64,000 nt of DNA from a virus: positions 2,771 through 66,770 of IMG/VR virus record IMGVR_UViG_3300026430_000265; one strand, written 5' to 3'. The first letter of the stretch is position 1. Every line of letters begins with the position of its first letter. Positions 25,884 through 33,361 of the stretch are shown piece after piece. A program made the translations under genes and the position numbers. Under the pieces are notes generated by a model. That model was not told the origin of the DNA and did not search any database. It worked only from the letters and a program-made list of their open reading frames with translations.

Positions 25884-28481
25884 ATGCTGTCTCTCATACC
25901 TCGCTACTCTCTTTGGCCGATCGAAAGGAACACGGGTGGGCCACCTCCGAACAATCAGTACGTCTGGTCACAACTTACGTTCAAGGAAGGATTGCCTCTG
26001 GATGAAGGTAGTGAGACGCTGCTAACCCTGGGCAGTGGTGCGTCGATTGATACCAGCGACAGCACCTTGTTGATGACCAACACCACAGATGCTGCCCTCA
26101 ACGGTATGCCTCCACCGTACATCAAGGCGAACGAAGATTTCAGCATCGAAAGCTGGGTAGCGTTCACCTCGGTCAGCCAGTATGGTGGTACCATCTTGTC
26201 TTTGGACATGCTCGGTGCTGGCGGTGAAGGCAATATCTCCATGTACTTCGCGGTTCTGCCTGCACAAGCCATCAACTTCCTGCTGACGTCCACAGGTAAT
26301 CGTGGTGGTGCAGGTGACGCTACCATCACCAACATTCCAGAGCTACTGCAACCCAAGGCGCACATTGCTGCATGCCGTGTCAACGGTGTGCTGACTATCT
26401 ACGTCAACGGTCAGATCAAGTATCAAGGTCCGCACAGTACCGCAGGCTTCTTGTCGACCGAAATGATGAGCATTCGCCGCGGGGCCATCGGTAAGCGCTG
26501 GAACATCCGTATGATGCGTGGCAAGTCCGCGTACAACGGACCATTCACTCCACCTACAGAACTGCCTGCTCTGGTGTATGAGACTTACACTGAGGAAGAG
26601 CAGCGCGGCATTGTTTTTCAGGCCAGCTTCCGTCGTAACGAGTTTATCAACGAAATCACCCGCGAGCCTTTCACGCTCTCCGGTACCGCTGCGATGCAGT
26701 GGAATCGCATCATCACGCAGCAGCCTTCGTCGTCTCGCTTCGAGGCCCCATTGGCGTACTTTGGTGCAGGTGATTTTACCATTGAGTGCAAGTTCCGCAT
26801 CACTCAAGCTATGGGTAACGGGCAGTGTGGCGTTATCACACAGTGGGCGTACGGTGGGCAAGCCGGTAACTCGTGGTGCTTGTTCTTCACTGGTGCGTTG
26901 CAGCTCCAGTTTGCCTATGTTTACTCTGGCACTTCGACGTATGCGTTCAACGCAAACAGGCTTCTTCCGAAGTACGGTGCGGACGTCCATGTCGTAGTAG
27001 AGAAGGTCGGTAACATCGTCTCCATGTACTTCGACGGTGACCTTGTTGGGCAGATGAACGCTCCTCTGCCCATAATCAACAACTCGACAGTTCGGGGCCT
27101 GCGCGACAACTGGGACAGCTTTCCGGCAAACTCGGACGCCCTGCACGTCACCAACATTCGCATCGCAGCGAAAGCGCTTTACAACGGTAACATCGGGCGT
27201 CCGCGTGTAGCACTGCCGCGCGTGCGCACGCCATACAACGGCCCAGGTCCACAGAAGCCAATCGCCGGTAACTTCAACCAGGGTTACTTTGGTGAAGTGC
27301 CAATGAGTGAGGTCATGCAAGGTGTTGATCTTGCGACGTATCTCGGACTCACCGAAGGTACGCCCGTCAATGCTGACACTACATGGTTGAAGTTTGCTCT
27401 CGACGGAAAGATCCTGTTTATTCCGAAGAAGCCATTGCGCACCGGTATCTCGTGGCAGGCGCTCTACCAAGCAGGTGCTGTCTATGGTCTGGAGACGGGT
27501 ACTGGCGTACAGCCGCTGCCTTCATCCAGCCCTGTGCAGCAGACTACTCGCATCACGACTGCTGGTGGGCACTTCCGCGTTCGCCTCCCCACAGGTGCAA
27601 GTCAGAACCCTTACACTGGCAACGGTGCTGCGGGTGCGTCTGTATCTGAGTGGACGTTGCTGATGAATCGCGTGAGTGTGAGCGCCTCAGCAGCTACTCG
27701 TTGGGCTGCCTTCACCAATGAAGAGCTGGGTTTGGATGTGCCTGGGTCATGGTGCCAAGAGTACCTGTCAACAACAACCACATCGCGTGTATGTCGTGGT
27801 ACCAACAACGCTATCGCTGGTATCTCGTCGAACACTGGCGCTGTAGCCAGCCAACTTTGGCGTCCTGTCTTGGAGTTCATCACTCCTGACGTGATTCCTC
27901 TGGTAACAAATGGTAAGTTGGAGACCTTCGTGTCGGCGTACGGCTCTCCTGTCTACAACGACGGCTTCGTCCGCTTACCTGCAGGTTCGTATTTGTCAAT
28001 TCAACCGTCAAGTTCTATGGTGTTCGGCACCACAGATTTCACGGTTGATATTGAATTCAACTGCGCTACGGCTGCGTCTCAAGCGGGCACGTCCATGATT
28101 ACCTTGGTATATTGGGGTACTTGGGCTGCTCCTGGCAAGTTGGTAAACTGGGAAGTGCAGTACAACACCACGAACGGTTACTTCTATTTGTCAACCGACC
28201 ACGGAGGCAACGCGACTTTCTATCGCCTGTACGACTTCCCAGTGCAGATGAACAAGTGGTACAAAATGCAGATTACCCGTGACAACGGTATGATGCAATG
28301 CTGGGTTGACGGTGTGATGATCGGCGAGTTCGCGTTCCCGATCGACATTCAGCTGGACACCCCTTCTGTCATGTACTTCAACCGTCGTCTTGGTGGGAGT
28401 AGTGGTCAGGTCGTGTGGAGTAGCGACATTTCACTCCGCAATTTCCGCATTGCCCAAAAGGGTCGGTCCAAACTAGGCTGA
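25884..28481 (+). CDS. Putative receptor-binding protein: LamG-LamG-[phiKZ virion-paralog-like domain]-LamG; MLSL-tag family member 3
   Basis: Starts MLSLIPRYSLWP; three LamG-like repeats; internal GYFGEV..WLKF..DGKILFIPKKP..ISW..LYQAGAVYG..RVRLPTG..SEW..WCQE..WRPVLE domain. Confidence 0.75.
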   Translation: MLSLIPRYSLWPIERNTGGPPPNNQYVWSQLTFKEGLPLDEGSETLLTLGSGASIDTSDSTLLMTNTTDAALNGMPPPYIKANEDFSIESWVAFTSVSQYGGTILSLDMLGAGGEGNISMYFAVLPAQAINFLLTSTGNRGGAGDATITNIPELLQPKAHIAACRVNGVLTIYVNGQIKYQGPHSTAGFLSTEMMSIRRGAIGKRWNIRMMRGKSAYNGPFTPPTELPALVYETYTEEEQRGIVFQASFRRNEFINEITREPFTLSGTAAMQWNRIITQQPSSSRFEAPLAYFGAGDFTIECKFRITQAMGNGQCGVITQWAYGGQAGNSWCLFFTGALQLQFAYVYSGTSTYAFNANRLLPKYGADVHVVVEKVGNIVSMYFDGDLVGQMNAPLPIINNSTVRGLRDNWDSFPANSDALHVTNIRIAAKALYNGNIGRPRVALPRVRTPYNGPGPQKPIAGNFNQGYFGEVPMSEVMQGVDLATYLGLTEGTPVNADTTWLKFALDGKILFIPKKPLRTGISWQALYQAGAVYGLETGTGVQPLPSSSPVQQTTRITTAGGHFRVRLPTGASQNPYTGNGAAGASVSEWTLLMNRVSVSASAATRWAAFTNEELGLDVPGSWCQEYLSTTTTSRVCRGTNNAIAGISSNTGAVASQLWRPVLEFITPDVIPLVTNGKLETFVSAYGSPVYNDGFVRLPAGSYLSIQPSSSMVFGTTDFTVDIEFNCATAASQAGTSMITLVYWGTWAAPGKLVNWEVQYNTTNGYFYLSTDHGGNATFYRLYDFPVQMNKWYKMQITRDNGMMQCWVDGVMIGEFAFPIDIQLDTPSVMYFNRRLGGSSGQVVWSSDISLRNFRIAQKGRSKLG

Positions 28482-28487
28482 ATAATT

Positions 28488-28526
28488 TAGTCCATAGTCA
28501 GATGCTTGGCTATGGACTATCCTTTC
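28488..28526 (+). terminator. Probable rho-independent terminator
   Basis: TAGTCCATAG / CTATGGACTA perfect 10-bp stem, extendable inward, followed by TCCTTTC; sequesters ATG 28502. Confidence 0.6.
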
Positions 28527-28537
28527 GGACGTATGCC

Positions 28538-28735
28538 ATGAACGTGAGTTTCGATATTCTACCACCAGTAAAAGCCCGGCTCCAGAAGCAACTGCCCAAG
28601 GGTAAGCGCAAGAAGGAAGCTGATCGTGAACCTGAGTTTGAAGATCAATCTCGGGCAATCCAAGGTGATCTGGCTCGCCGGCTCCATCGGGTGCTCAAGC
28701 GTGCGTCTCACCAGCACTATCGAGAAGGTGAATAG
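28538..28735 (+). CDS. Small basic hypothetical protein
   Basis: 65 aa from ATG 28538; the upstream ATG 28502 lies in the hairpin loop. Confidence 0.55.
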   Translation: MNVSFDILPPVKARLQKQLPKGKRKKEADREPEFEDQSRAIQGDLARRLHRVLKRASHQHYREGE

Positions 28736-28737
28736 CT

Positions 28738-29040
28738 ATGGACGTTAAAGGTGCGTTGACTTCTTCCGTGAAGTGGCTCAAGTGGTTGGGAGCTTTGCTG
28801 CTCGGGGTGGCAGTAGCGGTTGTTGTGCGCGCCTTTCCCAAGGGTGGTAGTAGCTCAACTGTGACTGCTCCACCTCCACCAGATATGACCAAGGCGGATG
28901 AAAACGTCAAAGACCTGGAGCAACAGCAGGTCGTGATAAAGGACCAACACACGCAGATCGAACAGACCCTGGCTCCAAAGCCCGTCACTCCCGACAAGAG
29001 TTTGGACGATGCTGTGCGCAACTGGAACGAGGATAAGTAG
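28738..29040 (+). CDS. Bitopic membrane protein, i-spanin-like
   Basis: TM WLGALLLGVAVAVVVRA, Pro linker, short coiled coil; heads the lysis-like cluster. Confidence 0.45.
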   Translation: MDVKGALTSSVKWLKWLGALLLGVAVAVVVRAFPKGGSSSTVTAPPPPDMTKADENVKDLEQQQVVIKDQHTQIEQTLAPKPVTPDKSLDDAVRNWNEDK

Positions 29041-29051
29041 GAGCGTACAAC

Positions 29052-29450
29052 ATGATAACCGAGGCAGTCAAAGGGCTACTTGGTGTCGAACCCGCCGTGG
29101 CACTGACGTACTTCCTGTGCGTTGTCATTGGCGTTCTCATTAACTGGGCAAAGCGCTGTCGTGAACTCGATATCGGGCTGCTGGCTTACTGGACCACAAA
29201 CCCAGTGCGCTCGCAGACTGCCATCATCGGTACGATTGCAGCGTTTGCGTTCACCATCATCACAGACCCTGAGTCGTCCAAGCTGACGTACATGGCCATT
29301 GGCTTTGCGTGCGACAACTTGCTCAACAAGGTACCTGTGACCGGTGCTGCCGCTGACGTGATCGCTCGCCAAGAGGCTGCGATCCAAGTGCAAGAGGCGA
29401 AGATGCAGGAAATCGTCCAGCAACTACCCGACGCGCCCAAAAGCGCATAA
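29052..29450 (+). CDS. Putative holin-like membrane protein
   Basis: 132 aa with 2-3 hydrophobic helices and a charged coiled-coil tail; AGGAG RBS. Confidence 0.45.
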   Translation: MITEAVKGLLGVEPAVALTYFLCVVIGVLINWAKRCRELDIGLLAYWTTNPVRSQTAIIGTIAAFAFTIITDPESSKLTYMAIGFACDNLLNKVPVTGAAADVIARQEAAIQVQEAKMQEIVQQLPDAPKSA

Positions 29451-29455
29451 CCAGG

Positions 29456-29485
29456 ACCCGCAGTGCTGACCGTGCTGCGGGTTTT
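29456..29485 (+). terminator. Weak terminator/attenuator hairpin
   Basis: ACCCGCAG / CTGCGGGT 8-bp stem plus 3 inner pairs, followed by a short U run. Confidence 0.5.
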
Positions 29486-29501
29486 CGCACAGGTAACGAA
29501 C

Positions 29502-29969
29502 ATGAAAATGGTATTGGCAGTGCTCGCCTTGAGCGTACTCACTGGGTGCAGCATGACCCAAGTGCAGCCAGACAAGAGTGATCGCTACAGCGCGTTGGCT
29601 CCAGTGGACAGTCTCAACGCCAAAGCTGTCGATCTACCTGCGGTGCCCCAGATCAAGATTCAGACGATTGGCGAGGAGCGCTTCGCCACTCTGGACACTG
29701 CTGGGATGAACCAACTGAATGCCTATCGGCAAGCAGCCAAGCAGAACACCGAAGCGTTGCAGTTACTGCTCACAGCGCACAACGGCTTGGTGACCCAGCG
29801 CAACCTGATGCTGGAGAATCTCAAGCTGGAAGAGGAACGTGGTAACTACTACGCAGAGCGCTACGCTGACACCGAGAACCAGCGACGCCAGCAGTACCGC
29901 GAACTCACAACCGAGCTGCTGATCCACAAGGCAGTCATCATATTCATGGGCATTTTCCTGGTGATGTAA
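29502..29969 (+). CDS. Lipoprotein with C-terminal TM helix (unimolecular-spanin-like topology)
   Basis: Start 29502 after AGGT; lipobox LTG-C16; helical coiled coil; hydrophobic C-terminus AVIIFMGIFLVM. Confidence 0.6.
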   Translation: MKMVLAVLALSVLTGCSMTQVQPDKSDRYSALAPVDSLNAKAVDLPAVPQIKIQTIGEERFATLDTAGMNQLNAYRQAAKQNTEALQLLLTAHNGLVTQRNLMLENLKLEEERGNYYAERYADTENQRRQQYRELTTELLIHKAVIIFMGIFLVM

Positions 29970-30430
29970 TGGACAACCGTATTCAGATCAGCAAGAGCTT
30001 CACCATGTACGACGTCCAGTTCGACGAAACGGCATTCCGCCTTGGCATCGACAACATCGTACCCAATCAGGACTACGCAGACAACGCGGCCTTGCTTGCC
30101 GAGAAAGTGCTTGAGCCTTTGTGGGCTGAGCTTGGGCCGCAGTACATCACGTCGTGGTATCGCTGCGAGAACCTGGAGCGCGAGTACAGCCGCAAAGCGT
30201 TCGCCATGTGGTGTATCGAGAACAAGAAGCCCATCCGCGAACAGCAGTGGCAAGAGTATCTGGCGATGAAGCAGCACTACACCGCGCAAGCTGTATGCCT
30301 GCGTGGTGATAACGACGCCATCTTCGCGTTCATCAAATCGCTCAAGGACTTCGACGTCCTGCAGCACAAGGAACATTGGATCAGCGTTTCCTGCACGCTC
30401 TCCAACCGTAAACGTGTAATCGAAAAGTGA
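29969..30430 (+). CDS. Peptidase M15A (Peptidase_M15_3)-like protein with altered Zn ligands
   Basis: ISKSFTM..LGIDN..LAEKVLEPL..ITSWYRC..QH..AV-C..FD..W-I-S-VS aligns to the M15_3 consensus (SGYR..SQH..GEAAD..WVHVS). Confidence 0.65.
   Translation: MDNRIQISKSFTMYDVQFDETAFRLGIDNIVPNQDYADNAALLAEKVLEPLWAELGPQYITSWYRCENLEREYSRKAFAMWCIENKKPIREQQWQEYLAMKQHYTAQAVCLRGDNDAIFAFIKSLKDFDVLQHKEHWISVSCTLSNRKRVIEK
30410..30430 (+). repeat. 21-bp direct repeat, copy 1 (copy 2 at 31240-31260)
   Basis: AAACGTGTAATCGAAAAGTGA, the 3' end of the M15-like gene. Confidence 0.9.
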
Positions 30431-30437
30431 GGAACGG

Positions 30438-31235
30438 ATGCTCACGCTAATCCCAGTCAAGTCAAGCATGCCATCGACGGTTGTTGGACAGCAGACGCTG
30501 ACCTCTTCGCAAACCTTCACTGTTCCAGACGGAGCTGAGAATCTTTGCGTCGTAGCGGTGGGATCAGGTGGTACTCGTGGTGCCAACTATGTCTTTGGTT
30601 TTCCCAGCGTAACCTACTTCGCAGGTGCTGGTGGAGGCGGTGCACTATGTTGGGCAAACTCCTTACCTGTTAACCCTGGTGATACCATCGAAGTAAAGAT
30701 TGGTACCCTTGGAAGTCAGACAGATACGACCATCGCAGTCAACGGCACCGTCATACTGCGCGCTGGTGCAGGTAAGAATGGCGGCAATGGGAACTCAGCC
30801 AATGGCGGCACTCCCCAGCGAACGGGTGGTGCTGGCGGTACGTTCACATCTACTTTGCCTGCAGGTACGTGGGGTGGTGGTAAGGGTGCCGCGGGCTCTA
30901 ACGGTATGACGTCAGGTAGCGCTCCACCCTCAGCTGGTGGCGCTGGTGGATATGCGGGTGACGGTGGCTTTGCTAATGGCTCGGTCGGCGGTGGTGTCGG
31001 TGCAGGTGGAGGCGGCGGCTCCAACAAGGGTAGTGCCAGCGGAGGCGTAGGTTTGCAAGGCCAAGGAACAAACGGTCAAGGCAGCTTCACCGGATACTCT
31101 GCGCAAGCTAACGGTTCCCCACCGGGTCCATTCTTTGGAGGTGCGGAAGCTCAAGGTGGCGCTGTGCGATTCATCTGGGGTAAAGGTCGCGCCTTCCCTA
31201 AAACCAGAACAGCGGACATTACAGAAGCTGCCTAG
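30438..31235 (+). CDS. Glycine-rich domain virion protein, MLSL-tag family member 4
   Basis: Starts MLTLIP; TFTVPDG..VAVGSGG..GGGGGALCWAN..VNPG..GAVRFIWGKGRAFP Gly-rich domain. Confidence 0.75.
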   Translation: MLTLIPVKSSMPSTVVGQQTLTSSQTFTVPDGAENLCVVAVGSGGTRGANYVFGFPSVTYFAGAGGGGALCWANSLPVNPGDTIEVKIGTLGSQTDTTIAVNGTVILRAGAGKNGGNGNSANGGTPQRTGGAGGTFTSTLPAGTWGGGKGAAGSNGMTSGSAPPSAGGAGGYAGDGGFANGSVGGGVGAGGGGGSNKGSASGGVGLQGQGTNGQGSFTGYSAQANGSPPGPFFGGAEAQGGAVRFIWGKGRAFPKTRTADITEAA

Positions 31236-31239
31236 TACC

Positions 31240-31260
31240 AAACGTGTAATCGAAAACTGA
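31240..31260 (+). repeat. 21-bp direct repeat, copy 2
   Basis: AAACGTGTAATCGAAAACTGA; 20/21 identical to 30410-30430; intergenic. Confidence 0.9.
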
Positions 31261-31358
31261 CGCAACATGATCTAAAGCTGTCTGGAACGGTGCCTTCCTT
31301 ACGGCGATCACCTCGCAGATGCGACGCACGGGTGTTAAAGGCACCCACAGGAAGTACA

Positions 31359-32246
31359 ATGCTGACTCTAATTCCTAGACAATCCCCCAGCTTGGTCCCA
31401 AGACAACCAATTGGCCAGATCACGATTCTCGAATCTCGACAGTTCGTTGTACCCGACGGGGTCACTATGCTTAGTGCCGTGTGCGTAGGCCCTGGCGGTA
31501 GAGCAGGCAGCGGAGAAAATGGTCGCCGCATGGGTGGTGGCGGTGGCGGTGGTGCCTTATGCTGGGCCAACGAAATTCCAGTAACACCCGGCGAAGTTCT
31601 TGATATCGTGGTCGGTCAAGCCTCGCAAGTTACGGCCATATACAATGCTGTTAGCACCGTGGTGACTAGCGTATCCCGCAAAGGTGTCGTGCTTATGGCT
31701 GCAACATCTGGTCGCCATGGACGCGCAGGGTCGTTTTCAAATGGCAGTGGGCCTGGAGGCCTTGGAGGTACTTACACCCATCATGTGTCGTTGACAAACA
31801 AAGGTGGTGGCAACGGTGGTAATGGTGGATTTGGTGGTTCTTGGTCTGGTCCGAATGATGCGTCAAGTGGCGGAGGCGGCGGAGCAGCAGGCTACACAGG
31901 TAACGGCGGTAAAGGAGGTAACGGCGGTTCCGGTACTTCTGGTTATTACTCATGGAATATAGGTGGTGCTCCAGACGTCGATAGCGGTGGCGGTACTGGT
32001 GTGTCAATGCCAGGGTCCGGAGGTAGTAGTTACATAGGTGGCGGTGTTGGATTGCAAGGTAAGGCTGAAAATGGAGTACCGCTTAATAGGTCTGATCACG
32101 GTGTCCCAGGTTCGTCCCCAGGCCCTTACTATGGCGCCGGCTCCTCTGGGCCTGGAACTGCTGCACAAAATGGCGCTTGCCGCTTGATTTGGGGTACTGG
32201 TCGAGCGTTCCCGAATACAAAGACAGCAGACATTCAAGCTGCATAA
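31359..32246 (+). CDS. Glycine-rich domain virion protein, MLSL-tag family member 5; paralog of 30438
   Basis: AGGA RBS before ATG 31359 (MLTLIPRQS); GGGGGGALCWAN..VTPG..GACRLIWGTGRAFPNTKTADI. Confidence 0.75.
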   Translation: MLTLIPRQSPSLVPRQPIGQITILESRQFVVPDGVTMLSAVCVGPGGRAGSGENGRRMGGGGGGGALCWANEIPVTPGEVLDIVVGQASQVTAIYNAVSTVVTSVSRKGVVLMAATSGRHGRAGSFSNGSGPGGLGGTYTHHVSLTNKGGGNGGNGGFGGSWSGPNDASSGGGGGAAGYTGNGGKGGNGGSGTSGYYSWNIGGAPDVDSGGGTGVSMPGSGGSSYIGGGVGLQGKAENGVPLNRSDHGVPGSSPGPYYGAGSSGPGTAAQNGACRLIWGTGRAFPNTKTADIQAA

Positions 32247-32265
32247 CTTCAATCAAGGAATTACC

Positions 32266-32718
32266 ATGACTCAGCAAAAACGCGATGTGTTTCACGTAAC
32301 AGTCGAAGGTAACGAAGACTGGCAACCAACCATCGAAGACATGCAGCAGGTCCGCGACCTGTTCATGGACGCTGCACTCGCTCCAAGTGGTGAGAGCGTG
32401 ATCGTTACCCGCCAAGGTATCGAAGTACACCTCGATGTGGAATCTGTTCAAGAAGGCGAGCAGGTTGACCTGATCAGCGTCACTGTTTCCAACGCCTACC
32501 TCGACCAGACCGAGGCAGCCGAGCCTCACGAGGACGAGATTCTGGAAATCTTCCCAGTAGGCAAGATCGAAGGTCATCGCATCTTCTGCGCCTACGACGA
32601 AGAAATCTTCGTTGACGTGGATGCCGAGTATATCTCCAAGCATCCGCTGAATCGCAAAGGCTTCTACGTGACTTACGGCGACGGCCGTGAAGACTTCCTG
32701 GTACCTGCTCAAGGGTGA
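32266..32718 (+). CDS. Acidic hypothetical protein
   Basis: 150 aa; AAGGA RBS; FHVTVEG..DWQPT..LF..A..VTR N-terminal part and GFYVTYGDG C-terminal part. Confidence 0.7.
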   Translation: MTQQKRDVFHVTVEGNEDWQPTIEDMQQVRDLFMDAALAPSGESVIVTRQGIEVHLDVESVQEGEQVDLISVTVSNAYLDQTEAAEPHEDEILEIFPVGKIEGHRIFCAYDEEIFVDVDAEYISKHPLNRKGFYVTYGDGREDFLVPAQG

Positions 32719-32722
32719 TCCC

Positions 32723-33361
32723 ATGATTATCTCCATTGCTTCGGCACTGCCGAGCCGTTACGCGATTGGCACCATCGTCTACTTCTATCCCGATATGTGG
32801 AACCTGCGTCCTGAAGTAGCAGACGCAATGGCGCTCAAGGGTCGCATCGACAAGGTGCAGTTCAGCGGCTCCAAGGTCACCTACGATCTAGCCTTGCAGT
32901 GCGCCGAGTCGGACACCGACGGGAACATCACTGGCAAATACTTCTACGACGCCATCACCGTCAAGGACATTGACAGCACTTTCGTCAGTACCTACGAGGA
33001 TATCGTCGCTGAGTGGGAACGCACCCTGCGTATCTGCCGCAACAAGGCGCTCGACCAGATTCGCGTTGCCAATCGCCGACTGGAAGACCTCGATCGTGGC
33101 ATCGTGATTCCAGACAACTGGATTCTCGATCCTGAAGGTGTCTGGCACGACCCGAAAGAACAACTGTGCCCAGTCGAAGCGCCTGTCGCTGAGCCTAATG
33201 CAGGAGCGCCAGAGCCACTGACTGCCGAAGCCAGTGACAATGACCCGTTCGCTGCTGTGCGCCGCATGTTCGAGGATCTGTTCACCAAGTTGCGAGAGCG
33301 CCGCGAGTCGCGTGAAGCTCCGCGAGTAGCCTGGAAGGAGCCTGAAAATGGCTGTGCGTAA
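32723..33361 (+). CDS. Hypothetical protein
   Basis: ATG 32723 preferred; SH3-like N-terminus (YAIGTIVYF..GRIDKVQF..VTYD) plus helical tail. Confidence 0.65.
   Translation: MIISIASALPSRYAIGTIVYFYPDMWNLRPEVADAMALKGRIDKVQFSGSKVTYDLALQCAESDTDGNITGKYFYDAITVKDIDSTFVSTYEDIVAEWERTLRICRNKALDQIRVANRRLEDLDRGIVIPDNWILDPEGVWHDPKEQLCPVEAPVAEPNAGAPEPLTAEASDNDPFAAVRRMFEDLFTKLRERRESREAPRVAWKEPENGCA

Noticed and set aside
9670-28490. ATAATTTAG at 9670-9678 and 28482-28490 as a possible late promoter
   Set aside because: Only two copies; one includes a stop codon and the other overlaps a terminator stem. Too weak without a genome-wide count or TSS data.
31290-31358. Upstream GTG start (MPSLRRSPR..) as the start of the Gly-rich gene, or as another MLSL relic
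   Set aside because: ATG 31359 has an RBS and gives the family N-terminus. The resemblance of GTG CCT TCC TTA to M-L-S-L is too short to call a relic.
20744-32246. Diversity-generating retroelement or shufflon explanation for the adhesin array
   Set aside because: No reverse transcriptase, no TR/VR pair differing only at adenines, no recombinase and no DNA-level repeated crossover sites. The shared N-termini are conserved only as peptide.
32266-32460. N-terminus of the 150-aa protein vaguely recalling a segment of jumbo-phage portal proteins
   Set aside because: The protein is far too short for a portal and the similarity is from memory only; left as hypothetical.
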